The notes beneath the pieces were generated by a model. That model had not been told where the DNA came from and searched no databases. It worked only from the letters and a program-made list of their open reading frames with translations. Positions 1 through 11,494 of a stretch of 55,118 nt of DNA are shown piece after piece. Location of the stretch: positions 1-55,118 of the forward strand of contig MQRK01137262.1 in the NCBI GenBank assembly GCA_001938485.1, read 5' to 3'. The translations under genes were made by a program, and so were the position numbers. How positions within the stretch are numbered: position 1 is the first letter of the stretch; the number at the start of each line of letters is the position of its first letter. This stretch comes from Girardia tigrina. Lineage: Eukaryota.

Positions 1-326
1 ATTAATATTTTAATTCTTATAATCTGAAACTAATTTATTCAAATTTATATTTAATATTCAAATTTTTATTTATTATTATTGTAAATTTTTAAATAATTAA
101 ATCAAATTAATATTTTAAATGATTGTAAAAAGTAATTTTATTTTAATCAACAAAATTTAAAGTAAATATTTTAAATAAAATAATTCTTTTCAAGATAGTT
201 CAGATTTTGGATGAGAAGTATTAAACATTGATAGATGAATTTGAGCGAAGGCATTATTACGGATTGTCATAAATCCAAATTGTGATTGCAATAAATTTTG
301 TTACAAATGTGTGAGTTCTCGTACCA
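1..326 (+). mobile_element. Solo/partial LTR, family A (3' part; cut by window start)
   Basis: Inverted homolog of 13051-13410. Similarity ends at ...GTGAGTTCTCGTACCA versus ...GTGAGTTCTCTTAACA, exactly where the 13 kb element meets its PBS. Confidence 0.7.
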
Positions 327-1019
327 CATAGTAACGAAAGGGTTAAACATCACTCTATATACATTTATCTTTCCTCAACATAATATTTTTGGAATTATCA
401 TAGAATGCGAAGTTCCAATCAATATACCAATCCTACTTTAACATTCCGCACATAGTAGTATATACGATGAAATAGAGGGCCACATTTATTTACGATAATA
501 GATTGGTCTTTTTCAAAATACTGAGAGTTTTATTTTTTTACTGAAAGTAAAAATACAGGCCAATTGTTATTAGTAATGATAATAACAAAATTAAAATTAA
601 TAAAAAATACTCTGAACTCTTCAATAGGTAACTCTGATAATGCCAAAAAGCAACTGAATAGAAAAATTTGTACATACTAAAATACAAAAAATTGCATTGA
701 AAAAGGCTAAAATATATAATTTAATAAAAAGAAAAAGAAGAACATTTTTGGAACAAAATTTGAGACCGGGATTTATTTTTCACCGCTAAATATTTCTACC
801 TAAATCCAAAACTATAATTAATATGGTTACAAATTTTCGTACATTCATAGTCACAATGGTAGGGCTAAGGTAAAAAATTCATACAGATAAGTCGAGAATT
901 TTAACAGATTTAGTTTTAAACGATTACGCGATTTATTCTTTTTCTTATTTCATTTATAAAACAAGTAATCAATTAATTTTTGGAGTCTTTTTCAAAGATT
1001 TTCCCACTTTTCTGTTTAA

Positions 1020-1340
1020 TTTTAAACCTTCGCAATAACGATTTTCTTGAATATTATGGCCGATTATTTCAGAAAATACAATAAATTAATACCCTGACGA
1101 AAGATCTATATTATATAAATAATGGATGATATGTTTCGTGTATTTAGTTATAAATCTTCCATAGAATTGTTCATAAAACTTTTGAATGATCTTCATTTTA
1201 ATATTAAATTTACTAAAGATTTTGAAGTGTATAATAAACTTCTTTTCCTTGACATTCTTTATACTTGGATAAATCGCGGAAATGACACTTAATTATATAT
1301 AAAGAATATGTGCACTTGTCTCTATTATACCGAAGTTATA
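1020..1340 (+). mobile_element. Penelope-like element RT fragment (decayed)
   Basis: Manual translation gives a degenerate ..MDD motif followed by LNDLHFNIKFTKDFEVYNKLLFLDIL, matching the PLE RT LNxxHxNIKFT...LPFLDI motif. A weak GIY-YIG-like remnant lies at ~1790-2000. Confidence 0.6.
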
Positions 1341-1353
1341 ATAATCATATATG

Positions 1354-1762
1354 AGAGGATTTTGGGTAACTCTTCTAAATTTTGGTTTTAAAATTTAACT
1401 AAACAACCTTTTACAAATTAATACAATATTTAAAATACAAAATTAAATATTAAGTTACGTTAAATTAAAGATATAAAAATATTTAAAAAAGAATATTCAA
1501 TAATTTATTATAGTCTTTTTAAAAAATACAAAATACAAGATTTCAAAAATAATAAAATTTACATTTAATTAAACTATATATTTATACTTAGAATTTATTT
1601 TGGTATTATTTGTTTGTGCAAGAAAAATGAAAAAGTGTTCCTCAGAAATTTACTAAATTATTAACTTGTTTAATTATTATTTTATATAGTGGATATTATA
1701 AATAAAAGTTTCAAAAATATCTTCATCTGAGTTTTCAGCAGAACACAACCACAAATCTAACA
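1354..1762 (+). mobile_element. Solo/partial LTR, family D
   Basis: Inverted ~400-bp homolog of 28598-28998. Shared sequence stops abruptly at ...TAACA in both copies. It interrupts the PLE fragment. Confidence 0.6.
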
Positions 1763-3032
1763 ATATGTATGAAAGGTCTAGTTCACAAAGCTTAAAATCT
1801 GTCTTCAAATTTTTAGGTTGTTTATCATGGTCCAAAATTACTTAAGGAATCCTTGAGGGAAAATATAAACATAGGCAAACAAACTGTTTTTGATGATAAC
1901 ACAAACACAGTAAATTATACATAGAAGAAATACTTAAGATACCAAATTCTGCAATCATCATATCATTTAATAAAAGTATTTATAACAATATGTAGTATCA
2001 ACATAGTTTCAATAAAATCCAAAAGTGCAATGTTTCCTCTTAAATATTTTGATTACGGTTTGTGGATTACAAGCTAATCTTATATATAAATTTAATTGTC
2101 ATGGTTGTCTAAATACCTTCATTAAAGAGACAAATTATCATCTCCAAACCTGGATTTGTGAACATTCCAAATAAGGTAGATCAAAAAAAGGTTCTTGAAT
2201 ACTAGCTGTGTTGAAAGAATATATTCTCTATTTCAAAAGAGGAGTTTTCTAATCTACTGGTTGCTCAGTAGATTAATCAAAGGATTTTACGAATCAAAGT
2301 GTATTTAATTAAACAAGTGATAGAGCCAAACAAATTTATTTTCACACAAATAAAACCAAAGGATTTTATTTATTTCATTACGCATTTTATATTTATTTTA
2401 TTTTTTATTTTATATTTAGTTAATTATTATTTGATTTTGAACACCTCAGAATAGCAAGCCTATTTAAGTAAATATAATTGTTTCATAATATAATTGTTTA
2501 ATTTAATTGTTTAATTAATAATTTAAATAATTTTATATAATTGTTTCATAAAATCTTTTGGTTTTTTTACGGGGCACCCTGTACAATAAATGTTTTGATT
2601 CATATTTAGAACAGCAGTTCTGTGAAACACCATAAATTAGATACTACAACTACATTCATTGAAAACACAAATGAATTAACATTATTTTTTATTTATTTTT
2701 AGTGTTTTTTAAAAAAGCATTACTAAAACATATTATTTTATATTCTTTGAGTTGTTTACTGATACAATTAGTTTTAGTTAACATTAAGATTTTTAATAGA
2801 ATTGTTACTAACAAATGAACTAAAGTGTTTTTCAGCAACACTGATCAATTTGTCAGTGATTGATCATAATAAAAAGAAAGTATCATTGTTCTATTTGGTA
2901 TTACCGGAGTGAGTGACAATCACTACAGTTAAGAATCTCTGATCATTCAAAGTTTGTGATTTACTTGAAAGATATTTTGAAGTTAAAACAACATGAAAAG
3001 TAAATTAAATAAGATTTAAAGATTATTTATTA

Positions 3033-3900
3033 TTCTAAAAAGAAATGGCAATTTCCTTTCCTCTAATCCAAAACGATCAAGAACTTCTTCAAAAAATTGT
3101 TTATTCATTTCTTCTATTAATTGACAATGAACACTCATCAAATGTCATCGAGCCTGCTATCTTCCATAGTCGATCTCAACCAAGTTTCAACTGTGCGTAG
3201 GGTGCAGAAAGACCTTTCTACTGTACAAGTACTTGTTGGAAGAGTAATTACCAAACTAAGTGCCAAAAAATTGGAGGATAAAAATCCGATGTAGATTTTT
3301 TAAATCATACTCAGATTTTTAAATTCTTTCTTTGGTTTATCGTTCCAATAAGTAAACCAAATTGTTCCTTCTGCTTTGAAATTATCCCAAAAACAAACAT
3401 ATTTATCAAGAATTTTGTTTATAATTTCTTTATAATTTACTTTTGATAATTGGTGCATTTTATTGGAAAGCAGAGTATAAAGTAAAAACATAGGTTGATT
3501 ATCTTCAGAAAATTTTTCATTTAAGGACATTAATAATGACCCTAGACATGTAATAAAAACAGATCTTCTATAATATATTTATATATTATATTTAAATATT
3601 TTGTGAAATATACATTTTTTAAAATATATTTTCAATATATTTTGTCTAATAAAAACACCTTACAAAAATCCTTAATTAAAAAATGACAAAAGTCTTTAAT
3701 TCTTTGATAGTCATTTATTTGTTTATTAATCTATTTTTGGAATGTAATTGTCACAGCCTATTTATCTGAAATATTTTTTAGTTGATATCCTTTTATCCCA
3801 TTAAAATTTTCAAATTTCATTACTGAAATAAGTTTTTTTTAATTTTTTTAAAACATTATTTGTCCAGGGGAGACAAGTGTCCTACCTGGGGATGCCCATG
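3033..3900 (-). mobile_element. hAT transposon remnant (ZMYM1/THAP12-like C-terminal dimerization region) with terminal motif
   Basis: Minus-strand translation ...LPTSTCTVERSFCTLRTVETWLRSTMEDSRL (hAT dimerization motif), with stops. CATGGGCATCCCC...CCCCTGG end-like motif at ~3865-3900. Confidence 0.7.
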
Positions 3901-4689
3901 TTTCTTTCCTACCATGATGGTTTTTCGATATTTTTATTACTCATTGTTTGAAAATATGTTAAATTTTATAGATTTTATAATAAAAATGTTCTAAACACAA
4001 TAAATTTTTATAAACAATAAGCATTGATCATTGACTAATAAAAGCAATAATAGTTCAAATTTAAATTCTATTAGATCTTCGCTAAATCCTAAATGGGATA
4101 CTTTCCAATGTTTATAACTTTCAATGACAATGGAGCATCTGAAAAACTAAAAACGAAATATTTTTATCATAACTACTCAAGTAATTTATCAAATTTTTTA
4201 ACTATTAGAACGAAACATGCAAAAAACATTTTTTTGTTTTCCATCTACTCTCTCGATAACTACATAAACTTAAAAAATTGTTACTGAAATGGTATTTCAC
4301 CTCTTAATTGGCATATTTCGTCGAACGACGTAGATACAATAAACAATACACAAAAACTAAAGAATAAAACCTATATTCATACATATTACACACAAGAGAA
4401 TATATTCAAATTATCCAGAGTTACGCCCCATTTAATTTTATGGGAATATATTCGCTTTAGGCGCTCTGTCATACATTTGTTGTGGGTAATATATTCGTCA
4501 TAACCACTTAAGAGGTTAAAAGTTAATATTTTTAAACACTGCCGCTGAAGATCGTTCTATATAGAATTCTTGCGATGGCATTAAATTTATCACATATAAT
4601 CTAATCTGTTAGTTAACTTTGATTTCCTTACTGTAAATGAAGATTTCCATTTAAAAAGAAAAAGATTCAATAGAATATCAAACCATCGT

Positions 4690-5500
4690 TCATGATTACC
4701 TGCGCCTCATTCTTGAGTTGACCGAACATCTAGGGCTGGGTTTGCGAAGTAATTTCACAATTTGTTGTCCCATTACCAATATCTAAAATATTTTATTTCA
4801 ATCAATTTAAAAACTTTATAATTTAAAATGGATTAATTATTCATTCATCAGAATGTGTATAATTCAGTCATTTTTACAACGCTGTAAATATTCACTTTGT
4901 CTGTCTGAATGTAATATTTTTTTTCAAATTTTTCGATCGAATTTTTACCACTTCATGATGTTGTAACAAGTTGAAATTTTGCATACAAGCTCATTCTCGA
5001 TGACAATACAATATTCGATACCAAATATATCAGATATATCTTTCCATGCAATCGACAGACTGACCAAAAATTTGTCATCAAATAACTGCTTGATATTTCC
5101 AGAGGTCTGAGGCTACCTAACAATAACAATAACACATACGCCTTCTTTAAATCGACCAAGGAGCAGTTAGGATCTCAATTTCTACACTCCCACAGTCGTG
5201 ACTGACAACTAACATAATTCTCAGCCGTACAGTTATGAATTTATTTGTTTAATAACCTGAAGTCTAATACAGGTAGAACTCATTTCATGGCTATTCTCGA
5301 CTGTCTGACTGGCATAGCTGTACTTGGAGCATTGTAGTTTTTGATATGTGTAACTTTTGTCAGTATTTGCACCATCACCTATTCAAAATTAAACATTTGG
5401 CCCTAAGTCTTTTATTGGGTATAGACTGGACCTAAATCTTTTCCCCTGTCGTTTCATGAAACTTTAAACAACAATAATTCGATTTAATATGCACAACTTT
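4690..5500 (-). mobile_element. Gypsy reverse transcriptase fragment (decayed)
   Basis: ORF 4953-5159 begins VDLKKAY (RT motif xDLxxAY) and matches the + strand fragment at 22 kb (IDLKKAY). Confidence 0.5.
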
Positions 5501-5895
5501 GCCACATTATTAACATTTACCTTATACATATTTTGTGAGTGTTCAAGCCGATTGCATCAGACAAATCACTGTGAATTTCTTGTTAATAACGGAAACAACT
5601 TATTGGTTAAGTTGCCGTTATTGTGTTAATCAACAACTAAATGACTTAAAATGATTTATGTCATATATAAAAAAGTCTAAAAAAGATATATTTTATATAA
5701 TAATTGTCCTTATGTACATATCTTTGGTTTATTTTTAATAATAAAGAGATAATATAAATTTTAAATATGGAAGCAACTTTTGAATCACATAGTATAAGGT
5801 CAATTTTAGACAGTATTATATTATCAAAATTTTCAATTCCAAGTAAATATTCATTCGCCGTTTTCATTCGATTATGAAGAAATACGTTATATCCC

Positions 5896-6016
5896 CATAA
5901 CAGCGAATCCTGAAACAGCGATTTATTAAAACAGCGAATTACATAACAGCGAATCCCAAAACAACCATTCTCAAAACAGTGAAGTCTCAAAACAGTGAAT
6001 CCCAAAACAGCAATTT
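5896..6016. repeat. ~8 x 15-16 bp tandem array (CAAAACAGCGAATCC-like)
   Basis: Directly visible degenerate units; probably a subterminal array of a DNA transposon. Confidence 0.8.
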
Positions 6017-6049
6017 ACTTTCCAAATAGAAAAGAAGTCAATTAGATAT

Positions 6050-6390
6050 TATTAAGAACACCAACATGGCTTTTCGAACTTTTATTTTCAAAACAATTAG
6101 AATTGTCTTTTGGACAATTTTCAGCAAAGCTTTCGTAATTCGACATCGTTCTAAATTGAGGAATTTTAGTTAATGTTTTTTAATAAACAATTATTCGAAC
6201 AAATTTTTATTATTTTCAGATTTTCTTTTTAAAGTTCAAATTTTGTAATTTTATTAATAATTTTATCTACATATTAATTTTATTTAAAAAAATGATTTTA
6301 TGGGAAGAAAGAACATTTATTTAATTTGAAACTTAGTTAAAAGCTATTTACTTTATTTAAATTTTTAATATGAAAATTTGAAACGATTAA
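6050..6390 (-). mobile_element. Solo/partial LTR, family B
   Basis: Same-orientation homolog of 47192-47530. Homology ends sharply at ...GGTGTTCTTAATA (minus strand) in both copies. Confidence 0.55.
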
Positions 6391-6423
6391 TACGTCATCA
6401 ATGTATCATGATGCAGTAAGTTA

Positions 6424-8539
6424 TTTTAGAACGATACTAGACGTAATACTAAATGAAGTACCTACATAAGTATCTAGAAATATTTCATATAGAAATAAAA
6501 AATAACTTCTTGATAAGAATTGTACTGTAGCAGTACCTAAGTTTCTGTTTTTTTCAATATAATTTAGTTATGGATATTTGTTCTTCTCCGAGTGGTGTTC
6601 CCACAGATTCTAACATGGCGGCCTTCGAATTCGGACCACTTGATTTTGCGGCTGATTCCGGAACACTTGAAGAAAGATGATGATTTGGAAATGTTTATCT
6701 CCAACTGTAATCGATATTTCAAGGCAGCGGGAGTCCCAGATAGCCTGAAAGAAACTCTGGTAGTGACACTACTATCACGAGATTTGATTGCAGTGTACGA
6801 AAATACGAGACCTGCCGAAAAAAGTTTCGAAAACAGACTAAGGGAAGCGTTCCAGGTGAAGAAGTCTCAAATTGAAGTCCTACGAGAAGCGGTGGAATTC
6901 AAAAGGACAACAGGTAGTACGACGGAGTTCTTCGCGAAAACCAGGAAAATGGCGGAGAAAATCATGTCCTTACAGTGGACCATCGAGGAAATCGAGAAAT
7001 GCTTATTTTTGAATTGCAATAATGAAGGGGAGACTCGGAAAGAGATTATGATGAGGGATATCAAAGGGAAAGAAGATATTCAACAAATCATAAAAAATGA
7101 ACGAAGTTAAATCGGATCGGAAACTGATCAACGCGGTGAAAGCATCATATGTCAATGTGACGAAATGGAACCATTAATCAAAGGATAAAAAGTTTTGGGA
7201 GAAACGGACATATGGGGAACAACAGACCTGCTGGACTGCCATGAAGTGGGTCATATCAGCATGCAATATCAGAAACAGAGAGATGTTACCTGCTTCGGAT
7301 GTTGCCCGAAAGGTCATATACGACGAAAATGCCGGATCAAATGCACAAGATGTGACAAAACAGGTTACTGCGCGGTCGATTGTTTTTCAAAAGTGAGACA
7401 CGAGACGTATTTTGATACGACAAGGGGTAGAAGACTAGAACGAGATTGGGAGAGTCCGAGACGGTGGATCAACTCGAACAGAAATCCGAGACTGGAGAAG
7501 AACGAGCCAATCTTCGAGTGACTACATCAGGAGAAAGACTAACGAGAGACAGGTAGCAATAATGGACAGAGAGGATGAGGACGTGAGATCGATTCGGATA
7601 TCGGAAGATTATTACCAGGGGATCGAGAGAGGCCGACAATTGGCAGCTGAGGAAGAAAGAGAATGAGAGTACGAGAGAAAAAATGAGAGTCACTCAGTCG
7701 CAGAGGAACCGATCTTGGCGATGGCGTAAGTTTTATTAATGTTTAACCAGTTTATGTAAATAATGTATTTGATAATTATAATATTAGTAATTATAAAAGT
7801 AATAATTATAAAAGTAGTAGTTATAAAAGTATTAATTATAAAAGTAGTATTTTTTTCGAATAATAATAATATTAATGATAGTAAAATAAAACTTCAAAGT
7901 AGATTGTCGAGTAAAGGTATTGTAGTTTCGAATTGTAACAGGGGGAGAACAGAGACTCAGGAAGATTTAATTTGGGGAGATGAGATAGACGAGGATAAAG
8001 GAGAGTCGATAAACAGTAAAAAGAAGAGAAATAATATTTATGAATATAAAAGGTTAGCTGAAACGACGGACAGATGGATGAAATGCTTGGGAGGAGAGAA
8101 CAATAGGGGACCACCAGAGATGATGTCAATAGATAATGAACACGAAGATATTTCTTATAATAAGCTCCAAGGGAGACCGAGCATAACGGTGGAAGTAGAA
8201 GGAATAGGTTTGGAATGTTTACTGGACACTGGTGCGGAGATGAATGTTATAGCAGCTAAGAGCACAAGGAGTTTTAAGTCAGTGACAATCTATAGGACTA
8301 CTCAGAAATTGACAGCAGCAAACGGGTCAGCAATGACTGTTGTAGGAAAAGTAGATGTCGAATGTAAAGTAGGTAAATGTATAAGGAAAGTTAAGTTCGT
8401 GCTAGTGGAAAATTAAAAACCCCATATGATCGGAGGCATGTCGTTGCAACATAGTTTTGGGATAGGGTTGATATGTAAGGTTGATATTTAGTTATGGATA
8501 TTTATTCTTCTCCGAGTGGTGTTCATACAGATTCTAACA
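6424..8539 (+). mobile_element. Internally deleted Gypsy LTR retrotransposon (family C): 5' LTR, PBS, gag with zinc knuckles, aspartic protease, last 54 bp of 3' LTR
   Basis: 54-bp direct repeat at 6562-6615 and 8486-8539 ending TTCTAACA; TGGCGGCC PBS at 6616; gag-like ORF 6592-7110; CCHC knuckles (CFGCCPKGHIRRKC, CTRCDKTGYCAVDC); protease LLDTGA at ~8218-8235. RT/RH/IN are absent. The 5' boundary is approximate. Confidence 0.85.
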
Positions 8540-9807
8540 ATTATTATCATAAGGATTGAAATAAAACGTATTAGATTGATATCAAACTGTGATCGATCTT
8601 CTGAGTTGTGATGACTCTAAATGTGATACTAATAAAAGTTATAATAATAATTGTCTCAAAACTATTAAAAAACTACTCATACGAATTAAAAAAGAGAATG
8701 AAATGACAGGTGGCAGAGTTTTACATTTGAAAAAGTTAAATAAGCGTACTTTAAAAAGAATTTCTTAAAATAATAATAATTTTTAAATTTGTTTAAACAT
8801 TTTGTTAAACAAAATAAGTACAAATAAATTAAAATATTTACGTTTCTGATTTGATTATGAAATTGTGCAGTCGACAAATGTAATACAACATTAAATAAGT
8901 TTTATTATATAAATTAAATTTTACTAATTAAAAGTTGAAATTTCAGTTGAGTCAAATTTTATAATTTGATCAATTTAAACAATGTGAGAAGCGATTATTA
9001 GTATTTCTTGTTACGCTGTATTTATTCATTGTGTTGAAAAAAGATTTAGGTTTAATTTATTTACTTTATATTAATTTAATTATTTTTATATCGTTTGAGT
9101 TAACTTTACAAATTTTTTATTCGAAATAAACACATCTAAATTAACACATTGACTGCTAACCTGCGATTTTTTAGTATATTAACTTCGAAATATCTTGTTC
9201 GATTCGCATGGGCGGCCCATATCGAAGTACACCAAAACAAAAAATCAGTGAAATTCGATTGGAGTCTCAATACTTAGAACTTATTGATATTGAAATTTTC
9301 GACCAAAATACTTGTGATTTCTTTTTTGGCGATTAACGTTATAATGTTCTTTTCTTTTTTTGGACTTGATATTTGTTTTGTTGTAAAAATATTTTACTGC
9401 TATATATAGAATCTCGAAAAGCAATGTAAAAAAGTTAAGATAATTTAAATAAATAAATAAATGTGTATATAAAAAAAGACACTAATTAAAAAAATAAAGA
9501 AAATGTAAAAAAGAAATTAAAAATAAGAAAAAGGAGAAATAAATGCAAAAATTGTTGATTTAAAATTATGAAAAAAAATTATTGACTTTGTTGTTTAATT
9601 AAATCAAATATGTGATTTTTTACGGCGGTTTTTTGTTATTTGTATACGTGATCAGAATTTAATAATTTGTTTTAATCGATAAATTTTGGTGTGACAATTT
9701 GGGCAAAAATTTGATTTTGTGAAATTTATGTTGGAAATAAAAAAATTTGGCGTGGAGATTTTTTTTATTCGATTTGTTGTTTTGTAATTTCACAGAGAGG
9801 AATTATA

Positions 9808-10189
9808 TCAATGTTGGTCGAAGTTGGGCATCGTTGGTCGAACTGATGACGGGATTCCTATTGGCTCAGAGTAGTGAGATACAAATTGTTCAGACAAGTC
9901 TCCAGCTGCTCCATTTTCATTAGTAGCTCCAGCGCTGGTGTTCAAAGCATCCTGAGGAGGACGCCAGTGCTGACGCTGTGTGGGGAGAGAGGAATTAACT
10001 GTTGTCTGGGTCGAATTCGGACATTGGTTGACTGGAAAAGAATTAGGTTGAGGTTTATTATCGTCAAGACGAATTCCCGCGACACCAGATTCGTGGCCTT
10101 GATTTTGTCCTGATTTGGTAGATTCATTGGTTCGAATGGCAGGCTTCGGAAGGTAGCTTAAGTGCGATCCAGACTGAGCAGCTGGAGAC
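9808..10189 (-). CDS. Probable terminal exon of an unidentified gene (disordered S/N/P/Q-rich C-terminal tail)
   Basis: GC-richer open frame of ~126 codons after a TTTTCAG acceptor (AG at 10191-10190), ending in TGA and followed by AT-rich UTR-like sequence. Upstream exons were not found. Confidence 0.5.
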
Positions 10190-10842
10190 CTGAAAATAGA
10201 CAATTCAAAACCACGTGGAATTAGTGGCAAAAAATAATTACCTGACAGTTGATTAATCATTGTTGCGTTATTATTACGACAGAGTCGACGATTAAGTGCA
10301 GTTATGCATTTATCCAATATAAATGTATTATTCAATAATTTGCAATTATCGGCAATTAAAAAAATATATTGTAGATATTTTTATAAAACAAAAATCATTG
10401 TGTTCTTTTAATAATTTTTATAAACACACCAAACACTCAACATGTATATATCCATAAATTTTATTATAAAACCATCACGTTCATATGGTTTTGTGATGAC
10501 ATAGTTTTGACGTTTGGTTTGTTGTTTGCCGGACTTTTAAAATTGAAGTTTTAATTGAGAAATTCATTTATTATTTTTTGTGATAGTGTCTATTTTCGAA
10601 TTTTAATCAATGATTAAAATTCACAATCTTGAACTGTCCATTTGAATGGACCAATTAAATCGAAAGATTATGTTTGTGGATTAAATTGAGGTTGTGACTG
10701 GCCGAATGTATGTGTGCCAATGTGTGTATGCAGGAGGAAATTGATTTTTTTGTAATAATCACAATTAAAAAATGATTTTCGGAAAAAATTAAAAAAATGT
10801 GTACAAGACTTCGAATTTTTTTTGAGGATTGATAAATTCAAA

Positions 10843-11035
10843 ATGAATTGCAAATATTGTATCATTCTCTTGACTTATTACGAAAAAGAAAACCTGCTGA
10901 TCGTTATCAATTTATTCGATAAATACTTAACCGAAAATAAAATTGCCTATGAATTAATTATCGTCGATGGCAACAGTTCCGATGGAACAAACGATGCTGC
11001 GATTAATTTGCAGAAAATTTACGACAATCAGCCTT
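10843..11035 (+). pseudogene. DPM1: Dolichol-phosphate mannosyltransferase (DPM1, GT2) N-terminal fragment
   Basis: MNCKYCIILLTYYEKENLLIVINLFDKYLTENKIAYELIIVDGNSSDGTNDAAINLQKIY aligns with DPM1 KYSVLLPTYNERENL...YEIIIIDDGSPDGT...LEKIY. Conserved PTYNE and DD are altered, and similarity stops before the DxD motif. Confidence 0.8.
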
Positions 11036-11494
11036 TAGTTGATTCTCTAAGCAGACCTTTCAATTTGAATGTTCAACATCATTTGATGGACGGGTCTTAT
11101 AATTCGTCCGAGACGCCGAATATAATCCCTAATTATTGCCTCGATCACTTTGGCATTATTCTCAAAATGATTCTGAGCTCGGTGATTGACGAAAGTCTTT
11201 TCTCTTTGGTACCCGTTTTAAAATGATGTTTGAGAATTGAAACTGAGAATTACAGAGTTATTTTTACAAATAAAATTATTCACGTCGACTTTCTAAATTG
11301 TGTTTTGAAATCAAAATTTTGAACAGAAGAAATATTTTTATGGTATACCGATTTAAATATTTTCGAGTGTTCAGTGGAGTAGCAATTCCTTGAACAGTTT
11401 TGTAATCTGGCGGATATGATCGCCAATCCGACGACGAGTATCCGACTTGCAAAACGAGAGCCAACTAACAAAAAGATTCCCTCAGAGATACAAC

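Noticed and set aside
8600-8640. Other degenerate hammerhead-like motifs (also ~24840 and ~43133)
   Set aside because: Core mismatches and no clear stems; these can arise by chance in AT-rich DNA.
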